Source of the DNA: a virus
IMG/VR virus record: IMGVR_UViG_2885686650_000001
Location: 730 to 64,729 of that record
Length of the DNA stretch: 64,000 bases
Direction: 5' to 3' (one strand)
Every line of letters begins with the position of its first letter. Position 1 is the stretch's first letter. A model generated the notes under the pieces. The model searched no databases. It was not told where the DNA came from and saw only the letters and a list, made by a program, of their open reading frames with translations. Position numbers and translations under genes: made by a program. This document shows positions 26,742-35,547 of the stretch, piece by piece.

Positions 26742-28678
26742 TGTATCAAGTCTTTATTAAGCAATCGTGGAATGGTAAAGAACTATTAATTCATAGTGCG
26801 CATAATAATATGTTAAAAGTGGCTAATGGTGTTGTTACTCTGGATGTCGCTGCTATTCCATCTTTTACTTTTACTATTTACGCAAATAATCCTGGTTATG
26901 ATCAGCTGCATTATTTAACGACATTTGTTAGAGTGTTTGATACAAGAAATCAAAGAAATATCTTTGAGGGCCGCATTTTAGTTCCCAGTGAGCCCTTGGA
27001 AAGCAATGGCCAAATTTATAAGGAATATACCTGCGAGGGCTACGAAGCATTTCTGCATGACAGCAGGCCTGATTTTGTAGATTTTACAAATCAAACACGA
27101 GCACAAATTCTTACCACGCTAATTAATAAGCATAATCAACAAATGAAGGATGGCGGTAATGATTTTAAATGCATTAAGCTGGGAAATATTGATTTGGGAA
27201 GTTCCGCCATCTCTTACCGATATACTGATGACAATGTTGATACCTTTGAAAATATTAGCAATCTAATTCTTGCTGATGGCTTTGAAATGGCGCTTCGGGT
27301 AGTCAATGGTGATTTATATCTTGATGCCGCTAAATCAATTGGTGGCAAAGGACAGCAAAAAATTGAATTAAAAAAGAATTTATTATCATTTACCAGAAGT
27401 ATTGATCCTACTTCCTTGGTGACCGCATTTAAGCCGTTGGGGAATGTAATTGATACTAATGATGATAATACTGACAAAGGGACTGCCAGACTGACAATTG
27501 CATCAGTCAATAATGGCAGTCCTTTAATTCGTAACGAAAAATTGATTAGTGAATTTGGCTTAATAGTTGGTAGTAACACTTGGGATGATATTACAGATGC
27601 AAATTTATTAAAAAGTACTGGGATTAGTTACTTTAACGGTCTATCAGTGGCTAGTGTCACCACTCAAATACAAGCAGTTGATTTATCCCTCGTTGATCAG
27701 AGTAAAAAGCAAGACCCGTTATTGTGTGGTTGGTCTTATCGGACTGTAATTTCGGTAAAAGGGATTGATGCAGTTTTTCGAATCACTCAGCAAACTTTAA
27801 ATCTTAATAATGTCGAGCAAAATACTATTACAATTGGTGATCGGGTTGTCGGTCAGGAGAGTTATGATGCTTTATTTGCTGCTGATGTAAAAGCAATGGC
27901 AGATATCAAAGCAAAAGTCGATTATCAGAACAAAAAATTAGCTGAAATGAAACAGTTGTCCACTGATTATCGAACTGCCAATGATAAACAGATTGCTTCG
28001 CTGCTTGAAAAAATCAAAGAGCTAGAATCAACAGGTGCCAGTTACTTTGAGGGCTCAATTATTGACGTCTCTGAATTTCAGGGTTCAATAAACTGGAATC
28101 AAGTTGTTAGTGGTGGCTTAGCACTAGGGATTATTAGAATTCAAGACGGTAGCGACTATCAGGATAAAACCTATCAAGTGAATGTACCAGGGGCTATTGC
28201 AGCAGGCGCTAATTATGCGGTTTATGCTTATTTTCACGCCTTGAATCCAAGCGATGCGGTAACTGAAGCAACGGATTTCTATAATCGAACCCAAAAAGTA
28301 ATTACTGGAAATGTTCAACCGCGTTTCTATGCAATTGACGTTGAGGCGCCAACTGTCACTAACGGAACCATGAGGGATGCTGTTAATTCTTATATGAATG
28401 CACTGAACAATCTTGGCGTAAGTGATGCTAAGATTGTTCTTTACATTTCTAATAATTTATACAGCAGCTTCAATCTTGATGTTTCGCGAGCAGGGGCAGT
28501 TTGGCTGCCAACATACGGCGCCAATGATGGAAATATTCCAACTAATTACAAACCGAATTTTGCTTATGACCTTTGGCAGTATACCAGTGTTGGCAAAGTT
28601 TCTGGTATTAATGCCAATGTTGACATGAACACTAGCCCAAGCAGTCGCTTTAAAGAAAATTATCTAAAAAAGGGGTGA
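26741..28678 (+). CDS. Tail-associated lysin (Tal) hub with C-terminal GH25 muramidase
   Basis: Prophage tail endopeptidase-type N-terminus; IIDVSEFQG...YAYF...IDVE...LWQYTS. Confidence 0.88.
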   Translation: MYQVFIKQSWNGKELLIHSAHNNMLKVANGVVTLDVAAIPSFTFTIYANNPGYDQLHYLTTFVRVFDTRNQRNIFEGRILVPSEPLESNGQIYKEYTCEGYEAFLHDSRPDFVDFTNQTRAQILTTLINKHNQQMKDGGNDFKCIKLGNIDLGSSAISYRYTDDNVDTFENISNLILADGFEMALRVVNGDLYLDAAKSIGGKGQQKIELKKNLLSFTRSIDPTSLVTAFKPLGNVIDTNDDNTDKGTARLTIASVNNGSPLIRNEKLISEFGLIVGSNTWDDITDANLLKSTGISYFNGLSVASVTTQIQAVDLSLVDQSKKQDPLLCGWSYRTVISVKGIDAVFRITQQTLNLNNVEQNTITIGDRVVGQESYDALFAADVKAMADIKAKVDYQNKKLAEMKQLSTDYRTANDKQIASLLEKIKELESTGASYFEGSIIDVSEFQGSINWNQVVSGGLALGIIRIQDGSDYQDKTYQVNVPGAIAAGANYAVYAYFHALNPSDAVTEATDFYNRTQKVITGNVQPRFYAIDVEAPTVTNGTMRDAVNSYMNALNNLGVSDAKIVLYISNNLYSSFNLDVSRAGAVWLPTYGANDGNIPTNYKPNFAYDLWQYTSVGKVSGINANVDMNTSPSSRFKENYLKKG

Positions 28679-28679
28679 G

Positions 28680-29276
28680 ATGATGGCAGAAGTAAGTGGA
28701 AAAACTGAGTATCAGGATCCAAGTTCAATACCAGAAAAACAAACTTTTTCACCTGATAATATTGATCCAATTGCTTTAGATATTGCACGTTTTATTAGAA
28801 CAAAAATGTATGGTGCAGATGTCCGTGAATCGTTAGCGCGTTGGGTTGAAATTACCCAAGCTGTTTTGGATTACTATGGTGTCGATTCCATTAAGTTTAA
28901 AAATGACTTAATGGTTCAACAAAACAAAGTCACTCAGCGGCAAGATGATGTTACCAATCAATTTACTCAGATTCTAGCAAATATTACCTCGGACAGTGAA
29001 CTGATAAATGCTAGAACCGACGTAACTGGCAAAAACTATCAAACGCTAAAAAAGCGATTAGATACTATGCAACTTGAAACAGCAATTTTGTTAGATGCTG
29101 AGGGAGTAACTGAAATCAGAACGCTGCAGCTAACTGGGTTAACTACCACAAGCACTCCGTATAAGTATGAACTAATTAGTACTGTAATCGGTGACAGCTT
29201 TAACAAAAATAATCGTGGATTGATTATCAAGAACTTGTCTAATATTAATTTTGAGAAAGTAAGTGATATTGCATGA
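28680..29276 (+). CDS. Baseplate upper protein-like
   Basis: IRTKMYGADVRESLA, SELINAR; homologous to 58582-59361. Confidence 0.7.
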   Translation: MMAEVSGKTEYQDPSSIPEKQTFSPDNIDPIALDIARFIRTKMYGADVRESLARWVEITQAVLDYYGVDSIKFKNDLMVQQNKVTQRQDDVTNQFTQILANITSDSELINARTDVTGKNYQTLKKRLDTMQLETAILLDAEGVTEIRTLQLTGLTTTSTPYKYELISTVIGDSFNKNNRGLIIKNLSNINFEKVSDIA

Positions 29277-29620
29277 CAGAAATCGTTAAGGTAATGCAGA
29301 CGGATACGACCGGTAATCAGACGCAAGTTTATCCACAAACTCATGTGGATGCAATTGTTGGGCTGGATGATGAAATTAAAAATCATATTACAGCACCGAC
29401 AGCTGGAAATGACGGATTATCGGCCTATGAAATTGCAGTTAAAGATGGTTTTAGTGGAACAGAGGTTCAATGGTTAGCAAGCCTAAAAGGGACTAACGGT
29501 ACGAATGCTACTACAACCAGTGCTGCTACTTCGGCTGCTAACGGCCTAATGAGCGCCGCTGACAAAAAGAAACTTGATTCTGTACCGGTAATTTCTTTTG
29601 TAAAGGTAAAGGATGTGTAA
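29273..29620 (+). CDS. Tail fibre-like protein
   Basis: QVYPQTHVDAIVGL; GLSAYEIAV...QWLASLKG; GLMSAADKKKLD fibre repeat. Confidence 0.72.
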   Translation: MTEIVKVMQTDTTGNQTQVYPQTHVDAIVGLDDEIKNHITAPTAGNDGLSAYEIAVKDGFSGTEVQWLASLKGTNGTNATTTSAATSAANGLMSAADKKKLDSVPVISFVKVKDV

Positions 29621-30049
29621 TTGATGGCTAGTTATGTAGCAAATATGAAAGATGAGCAAAACAATATTATTTATCCAGTTGCGCGATATGATGATCTGAT
29701 TAATCGCCCAGCAGCGCCAATTGATACTGGTTGGGTTGCATTGGCAATTACTAATGCTACTGGTAATCTATGGATTCGTAGAATTGGTAGTCGCGTAATC
29801 GTCAATGGTAAAATTCATTTCTCAAAGGATGCGATTCCAACATCTCCAGTAAATTTATGTACAACTATCCCAGACAATATGGTTTGGCACGACACTAACA
29901 AAACAGGGCGCTATAGCTTTTTCTCGGCATTTTCTCCGTTGACAGAAAATATGGCCCGGTTACAACTAAATGCTGCTACAATTGCAATTTTGAATTGTAC
30001 GGCATCAGCAAATGATTATCAGATCGATATGGAATGGGAGGTAGATTAA
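29621..30049 (+). CDS. Receptor-binding protein candidate
   Basis: DTGWVAL...WIRRIGSRVIVNG head-domain pattern. Confidence 0.65.
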   Translation: MMASYVANMKDEQNNIIYPVARYDDLINRPAAPIDTGWVALAITNATGNLWIRRIGSRVIVNGKIHFSKDAIPTSPVNLCTTIPDNMVWHDTNKTGRYSFFSAFSPLTENMARLQLNAATIAILNCTASANDYQIDMEWEVD

Positions 30050-30372
30050 TAATGAAAATTCAATATGAAATTGATCCTAATGGCGCATTAACTGGGCATA
30101 CTCGTTTAGTTAGTTTAGATACTGATTCCACAGAGAATTGGCATGATGGCTGGGTGAGTGACGGATTTAGTCAGCATAAATTTATTAATGGTAATTGGGT
30201 AGGCAGTGATGATGATTATGAAAAGCCTGTACCAGTATTAACTGATCAGGAAAAAGTCAATATCGCACTAACCAAGGAACTAGCTGATACTAAATTACAA
30301 TTGGAAACCGCCAATAATGGTTTAATCGCCTTAAAAAAAGAAGTTGCTGAAATGAAAGGAGCGCAAGCATAA
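30034..30372 (+). CDS. Tail fibre assembly chaperone-like
   Basis: HKFINGNWV plus C-terminal coiled coil before XkdX. Confidence 0.6.
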   Translation: MGGRLIMKIQYEIDPNGALTGHTRLVSLDTDSTENWHDGWVSDGFSQHKFINGNWVGSDDDYEKPVPVLTDQEKVNIALTKELADTKLQLETANNGLIALKKEVAEMKGAQA

Positions 30373-30485
30373 TGGCTTATCTTTTAACTTATTACCAGAT
30401 GAAGAAATTTAATGATGATGATATGAAGTTGTTCGTGACTATTGGCTGGATTACTCAAGAACAATATGATTCTGTTAAAGCCTAA
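30372..30485 (+). CDS. XkdX-family peptide
   Basis: MAYLLTYYQMKKFNDDDMKLFVTIGWITQEQYDSVKA. Confidence 0.7.
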   Translation: MAYLLTYYQMKKFNDDDMKLFVTIGWITQEQYDSVKA

Positions 30486-30511
30486 ATTATTAAGAATAAG
30501 CCAAGGGAGGA

Positions 30512-30841
30512 ATGCAAATGCCACCGCACCAAATATTTGGCCTATCATGGGCTGAAATGCTTTCCATTCTTAGCATTCTTGGCATAATTTATGCTGGAAT
30601 TAAGGGACTTTTAAGAAATTTTAGAAATACTATTATGGATCCGCTCAATCGGCAAATGAAGCAGCTATCAGATGCTATCAAAGAGCTATCAAAAAATTCT
30701 ATTTCTGAACACCAAAAGTTGGAAAACCATTTGAATGCGCATGATATTCATTTTGCCAAGAATGATGAGGATATTAATCTTTTAAAACAAACAGTAGGTA
30801 TCAAGAAAAGGAATAGGGATGAAACTAATGAAGAAAATTGA
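30512..30841 (+). CDS. Membrane/coiled-coil protein of the lysis cassette
   Basis: One N-terminal TM then coiled coil, upstream of holin. Confidence 0.7.
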   Translation: MQMPPHQIFGLSWAEMLSILSILGIIYAGIKGLLRNFRNTIMDPLNRQMKQLSDAIKELSKNSISEHQKLENHLNAHDIHFAKNDEDINLLKQTVGIKKRNRDETNEEN

Positions 30842-31076
30842 TTGGGCATCAAGAATTAAGAATAAAACTTTTTGGCTGGCGTTAGTGCCGGCTATTTTAT
30901 TGCTCGTTCAAACTGTTTTGACTCCATTTGGGTATAAGTGGGATTTTGGTGTATTAAATGCAGAATTAGCCGCAATTATTAACGCTGCTTTTGCAGTATT
31001 AACTATTTTAGGTGTTGTCAATGATCCAACTAGTTTGGGCTTTACTGATAAGGAGGGAAAGAATGAAGTTAAATAA
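30819..31076 (+). CDS. Holin (phiLC3 family)
   Basis: IDWASRIKNKTFWLALVPA...GVVNDPTSLG. Confidence 0.92.
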   Translation: MKLMKKIDWASRIKNKTFWLALVPAILLLVQTVLTPFGYKWDFGVLNAELAAIINAAFAVLTILGVVNDPTSLGFTDKEGKNEVK

Positions 31077-32355
31077 AAAAGTTGTTACTATGATGACCGC
31101 TGCTGCAGTGGTTATTTTTATGTCTGCACCAATTAATCAGGTAGCAGCTGCCAAGGGTGATCATGGTGTTGATTGGTCAAAGTATCAGGGCTCACATGGT
31201 GTATATGGCTATCAGCAAGATAAATTCGTAATCAGCCAAGTTGGCGGCTATTACAATGGTCAGTTTATTGACCAACTGACCTACCAAACCCAAGTCAGTT
31301 CAGCAATTGCGGCCGGGAAGCGTGCTCACACCTATATTTATTCTCAATTCTCAGGTCGTGAACAGGCTGATGCAATGCTAAATTATTATCTACCAAAAAT
31401 CCAGACGCCAAAGGGCTCAATTGTTGCTTTAGATGTTGAGAGTGGCCAACCAGACACTGATTCAGTTATTTATGCCCTGAATCGTATTAAGGCGGCTGGA
31501 TATACTGCAGTATTATATGGCTACAAAAATTTCTTAGTTAGTCACATTAATTTGAGCACAGTAGCAGCACAATACCCGCTTTGGTTAGCCGAATATCCAG
31601 ACTATAATGTTACACCTGACCCAAATTATAATTATTTTCCTAGTTATGATAATGTGGGTATTTTTCAATTCACTAGCACCTATATTGGTGGCGGTTTGGA
31701 CGGCAATATTGATTTAACCGGCGTTACTGATAATGGCTATGGCGGTAATATTAAAACCAATTCAGGAAAAGTCGTTGTTAAACCAAATTCAACGACTTCT
31801 GCAATTAATGTGGGGCAATCTGCAAATAATACTGCTAAAGCAAACATCAAGTCGGGTGATACTGTAAAAGTTAACTTAACTGCCACTAAATGGGCTAACG
31901 GTGTTGGGATGCCAGCTTGGGTTCGCGGCAAGACGTATCAAGTTCAGCAAGTTAGTGGTAACAAAGTTTTACTTGCCGGCATCATGAGCTGGGCCAATAA
32001 ATCTGACGTTGAGTTGTTGAGCGTTGGCAGCACAAGTACACCAGCAACTAACTCTGCAAATAGTTATACCGTGCAATATGGTGACAGTTGGTGGGCAATT
32101 GCTAATAAGTTTGGAATTAATATGTATTCGTTAGCGGCAGTCAACGGCAAAACCATTAACACAGTGATTTATCCTGGGCAGCGTTTAACTATCGGCTCAG
32201 CCACTGTAAGCTCTGCACGAACATACACTGTCAAATACGGAGATAGTTGGTGGCTGATTGGCTCTAAGCTTGGTATTAGCATGTATACACTAGCTGCCAA
32301 AAATGGTAAAACCATTAACTCAATGATCCATCCTAATCAAATATTGATGTATTAA
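31063..32355 (+). CDS. Endolysin: signal peptide, GH25 muramidase, SH3-like domain, two LysM
   Basis: GVDWSKYQG, ALDVE, FQFTS; two YTVxYGDSWW repeats; N-terminal basic-hydrophobic-AAA signal. Confidence 0.95.
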   Translation: MKLNKKVVTMMTAAAVVIFMSAPINQVAAAKGDHGVDWSKYQGSHGVYGYQQDKFVISQVGGYYNGQFIDQLTYQTQVSSAIAAGKRAHTYIYSQFSGREQADAMLNYYLPKIQTPKGSIVALDVESGQPDTDSVIYALNRIKAAGYTAVLYGYKNFLVSHINLSTVAAQYPLWLAEYPDYNVTPDPNYNYFPSYDNVGIFQFTSTYIGGGLDGNIDLTGVTDNGYGGNIKTNSGKVVVKPNSTTSAINVGQSANNTAKANIKSGDTVKVNLTATKWANGVGMPAWVRGKTYQVQQVSGNKVLLAGIMSWANKSDVELLSVGSTSTPATNSANSYTVQYGDSWWAIANKFGINMYSLAAVNGKTINTVIYPGQRLTIGSATVSSARTYTVKYGDSWWLIGSKLGISMYTLAAKNGKTINSMIHPNQILMY

Positions 32356-32357
32356 AA

Positions 32358-32398
32358 TAAGCCTACTTCCTAAATTGGAGGTAGGCTTATTTTTTATT
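32358..32398 (+). terminator. Rho-independent terminator after lysin
   Basis: AAGCCTACTTCC-taaatt-GGAGGTAGGCTT then T-run. Confidence 0.85.
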
Positions 32399-32507
32399 TG
32401 AAATTGGATTACTTAGGGGATTATAGAGCTCTTTTTCAGTTATATGAATTCGATTTTTCATACTGATTGACCTGGAATATCCTTATTTTCATTTCCAATC
32501 AGTGGTG

Positions 32508-32627
32508 TTGACATTTTTACGAAAAAAAAGGTAATCTATTAACATTGCACCGCCTATGTAAACACCAAAAGTACGAGCTAATCCATTTAACAATTAAAGC
32601 CTATCTCATAGTTGAGGTAGGCTTTTT
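32508..32627 (+). ncRNA. Candidate ~85-nt sRNA A
   Basis: TTGACA-18-TAATCT promoter and terminator 32596-32627 with no ORF between. Confidence 0.45.
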
Positions 32628-32655
32628 ATTTGCAAACTCAATCTAACATCTCACT

Positions 32656-32767
32656 TAGACTTTGCAAATTTCGGCGATATTCTAAAAGTTTGCGTATATG
32701 TATGTGAGCGCCTGATTAACGCTCAGATTTTTGGTGGCCATCTTTTAGGGCAAGGGTGGCTGTTTTT
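32656..32767 (+). ncRNA. Candidate ~80-nt sRNA B
   Basis: TAGACT-16-TATTCT; hairpin TGAGCG/CGCTCA; 10-bp terminator stem plus T-run. Confidence 0.4.
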
Positions 32768-32778
32768 ATATGTAAAAT

Positions 32779-32794
32779 ATTCAGTGCGTGCAAG
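32779..32794 (-). repeat. Copy 3 of the CTTGCACGC motif, in the att arm
   Basis: Reverse complement CTTGCACGCACTGAAT. Confidence 0.75.
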
Positions 32795-32813
32795 ACTAAT
32801 TTTTGGTCTGTTT

Positions 32814-32833
32814 TATGTGGCAAATATGTGGCA
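32814..32833. repeat. Integrase arm-type direct repeat (prophage 1 side)
   Basis: TATGTGGCA twice with 11-bp period. Confidence 0.7.
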
Positions 32834-32888
32834 CATAAATGACATTTTTTTCACTATCCTATTATATAGCGGGTTGCAGAATTTCCAC

Positions 32889-32906
32889 CGACTCCCCTCA
32901 CCTCCA
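32889..32906 (+). other. att core: 3' end of a tmRNA/tRNA-like gene
   Basis: CGACTCCCCTCACCTCCA = part of T-loop, T-stem and acceptor strand ending CUCCA (compatible with G3:U70 of tmRNA); the 5' part is absent. Confidence 0.7.
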
Positions 32907-33004
32907 TAATAATAGTTTTATCCGTTTCGATTAAGACCATGAATGCTGATTTAATAACATTTATGGCCTTTTTGTTTTTATTAATTTTGATTGGTTTTTG
33001 AACC

Positions 33005-33026
33005 GATGTGTACAAGATGTGTACAA
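33005..33026. repeat. Integrase arm-type direct repeat (prophage 2 side)
   Basis: GATGTGTACAA twice in perfect tandem. Confidence 0.75.
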
Positions 33027-33028
33027 AT

Positions 33029-34180
33029 TCAAAGTGCAGATAGCGCGTCAACAGTGGCTTTTACCTCGGTGTCTTCCAAACTCTTTAATAGATGAGTGTA
33101 CACATTCTGAGTCATGGTAACATTACTATGACCTAACCGCCGAGAAATATAATTAATGTTGATGTGTTTGTAAATCAAGAACGAAACATGAGTGTGTCTT
33201 AAGCCGTGGAAAGTGATTGGGTCAGATATACCTAGCTCTTTTTCTAGTGCCTTGAGACTGCGATTTATTGACGAATTAGAGGGTACCTCGTGTCTGGCAT
33301 TACGAAAAACCAAATTATACTTATCACGGTATCCCTGATACAGATAAACCTCAGACTGTTCTTTTTTTAACCGATGTAGCGCAATTAAAAGATTGTCGGA
33401 AACATCAATTATTCGAACGCTTGATTTATTTTTTGTTTTGGTGAATCCAGACCTAAATTGGTAATCCCAAGTCTTGTTAATATTGATTTGCTTATTCTTA
33501 AAATCGACATCTTTCCAAGTTAATCCAAGAATTTCGGAATATCTTGCGCCCGTCAGTGCACCGGTTGCAATCAGATAATAGGGGAAATGCTCAGAATAAT
33601 TGGCAAACTCAGTTGTAGTGTTGATTAGCTTCTTAAAATCATTCAATTCTAAATACTTAATTTTACTTTCTGTCTGATCATCAGGTATGCTAACGCCATT
33701 GGTAAAATTGGAGTAAACAATCTGGTCATCAATTGCGTTATTGACCATGCTGCGAACGTAGCCATTAAGCTTGCTAATTGTATCTTTTGAGCGCCGTTTT
33801 GGAATACGGCGGTCCTTACCAGTAGAAAAGTCATTGATAAATTCTTGCCAATCGCTTTTGGTGATGGTCTTTAATTCCCGAAGTGGACCAAAGTATTTCA
33901 TTAATTGGCCACGAATAATGGTATAGCGTTTTTCTGTTATTTCTGCATGCTTGCCAGCCTTAAATAATTCTATCCAGCGGTCCCAATAATCCATAAAAGT
34001 AATTGTGCTATTATCTAATGTCGCGCCGTGGGCATATTTAGTTTCAATTTCTAGGCTGGCATTTTCGGCTGACCGTTTTGTTTTAAAACCCGACTTACTT
34101 ACATATTTACGCTTGCCGTCTTTATCGATATAACTAACTCGATATTGCCAAGACTTTCCACGTTTCATAATATTTGCCAT
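33029..34180 (-). CDS. int: Tyrosine integrase of prophage 2
   Basis: TGARYSE, KTK, HGLRHTH, RLGH...TQNVYTH catalytic set. Confidence 0.97.
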   Translation of the reverse strand: MANIMKRGKSWQYRVSYIDKDGKRKYVSKSGFKTKRSAENASLEIETKYAHGATLDNSTITFMDYWDRWIELFKAGKHAEITEKRYTIIRGQLMKYFGPLRELKTITKSDWQEFINDFSTGKDRRIPKRRSKDTISKLNGYVRSMVNNAIDDQIVYSNFTNGVSIPDDQTESKIKYLELNDFKKLINTTTEFANYSEHFPYYLIATGALTGARYSEILGLTWKDVDFKNKQININKTWDYQFRSGFTKTKNKSSVRIIDVSDNLLIALHRLKKEQSEVYLYQGYRDKYNLVFRNARHEVPSNSSINRSLKALEKELGISDPITFHGLRHTHVSFLIYKHININYISRRLGHSNVTMTQNVYTHLLKSLEDTEVKATVDALSAL

Positions 34181-34198
34181 AGCGTTTCCTCCAAATTA

Positions 34199-34296
34199 TG
34201 TTAAAATTGAGTACAGAAAGAGCCTATACCCTATGTATAGTTTTTTTCGTGGTTGACGTATCCCAACTTTGCACGGTGGGGGATGCGTCTTTTTTT
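34199..34296 (+). ncRNA. Candidate antisense sRNA unit in front of int2
   Basis: TGTTAAAAT at 34199; GACGTATCCC/GGGATGCGTC stem plus T-run; homologous to 775-872. Confidence 0.5.
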
Positions 34297-34419
34297 ATTA
34301 TCTAATTTTATACTGACCAGGACTTAGAGTTTTACTAATAGCAAATTCCTGACCATTTTCAAATCTGAAGGAAACAGTTATAGGTGCAACATCACTGTTA
34401 CCAGCGGTGTGGGGCTTTT

Positions 34420-34908
34420 TTATGCCCAAGCGTATTCTTCTGATATTTTAACGCCATCAGTTAGGTCAAACATAAAGCCCTTGTGCCAAAATTTTTCGCC
34501 AAATGTTTTGCGAAAATAGTCAAAGGCTGACTCCAGAATCCATGGTTGCACATCCATCTCACGAGCAACATCATCCAGTGTCATAGAATCACCACCTAAT
34601 GAGTTTACAACGTCATCCAGGGTAACAATGCGGCCACCAGCTATCATGCGAGCACGGCGCTCAGATTGAGCTGTTTGTGAGTCGTCATAATCCATTTGAA
34701 TACCGACCGACGTTAGATAATGGCCATATTCTTCATTGATAATTGACACTTTTTCTTTTTGTGTCAGCTTGGGATTGATAAAAATATAATCCTCGCCATC
34801 TGTGTTTTTCCAGAGACCGTCAACACCAAATTCAGTAATTCTTTCCGTTTCAATAACAGAGATATGATCAGTCTCAATTTCTTCAACTAAGGTATCATAT
34901 TCGTTCAT
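34420..34908 (-). CDS. ImmA/IrrE-family metallopeptidase
   Basis: IFINPKL...INEEYGHYLTS...ERRAR; adjacent to an XRE repressor. Confidence 0.9.
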   Translation of the reverse strand: MNEYDTLVEEIETDHISVIETERITEFGVDGLWKNTDGEDYIFINPKLTQKEKVSIINEEYGHYLTSVGIQMDYDDSQTAQSERRARMIAGGRIVTLDDVVNSLGGDSMTLDDVAREMDVQPWILESAFDYFRKTFGEKFWHKGFMFDLTDGVKISEEYAWA

Positions 34909-34911
34909 AGA

Positions 34912-35265
34912 CTATTCGTCGTCCTTTTTATTCTGAGCTTTGAACCCAGCAATTAGAGCGTTAGTCATTTCATCTAGCTGTTGGATTTGTTCCTTGGTCA
35001 ATTGGCGAGTTCCTTCAGCATAGTGAGCCGCCATTGCATTTGTATGCATCTTTTTGCCTGCTATTTCGGGGTTGTCGGTGCGACCTAAAAGATAGTCGGT
35101 AGACACGTTAAAGTAATCAGCAACCTTAGTTAAATTTTGCCCGCTTGGAATTTTCTTTTTCCACGAATAAAGAGTATTCGTTCCTAATCCTATTTTTGTT
35201 TCTACTGCATTTACAGATAATCCTTGTTTGTCAGCCAATTTTTTTAGTCTATCAAAAGGCGTCAT
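34912..35265 (-). CDS. XRE-family repressor lacking a protease domain (ImmR-like)
   Basis: FDRLKKLA...KVADYFNVSTDYLLGRTD. Confidence 0.92.
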   Translation of the reverse strand: MTPFDRLKKLADKQGLSVNAVETKIGLGTNTLYSWKKKIPSGQNLTKVADYFNVSTDYLLGRTDNPEIAGKKMHTNAMAAHYAEGTRQLTKEQIQQLDEMTNALIAGFKAQNKKDDE

Positions 35266-35295
35266 TAAAGCATTCCTCCTGATACAGAAACAGCA

Positions 35296-35485
35296 TTTTA
35301 AATAAAAGTCTAAAACAGAGTTGACTTTTAAAACAAAGACTAATATACTGTTTTTGTAAGCTAATTTGATAGCTAATTAAACCATTAAAAAGTAAGCTAT
35401 AAAACCGTTCCCCAACGTCCTTTTAGTTTAAAAGTGGCTTATTTAACTATGCTTTGATTTTAAATCAAAGACTAAAATAAGTCAA
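35296..35485. promoter_or_regulatory. Face-to-face promoters with three 18-bp operator-like repeats
   Basis: TTGACT(35321)-17-TATACT rightward; TTGACT-17-TAAAAT leftward (35485-35457); TTTTAAAwmAAAGwCTAA at 35296, 35326, 35458. Confidence 0.8.
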
Positions 35486-35547
35486 CTATCTTTTAATTTG
35501 GCTGTCGTTTTAGCTTACATACATAAATAGCGAAAGGAGGTAATGAG

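Larger units (their letters stand above)
1..32906. mobile_element. Prophage 1 (cos-type siphophage, HK97-like head); left end lies outside the window
   Basis: Complete module order int-immunity-replication-packaging-head-tail-lysis, ending at an att-like junction at 32814-32906. Confidence 0.95.

Noticed and set aside
32889-32906. An intact tmRNA or tRNA
   Set aside because: Only the last 18 nt are present; upstream sequence (ATTTCCAC) breaks the T-arm
34420-34908. Inactive ImmA because HExxH reads EEYGH
   Set aside because: EExxH variants are common in this family; not evidence of decay
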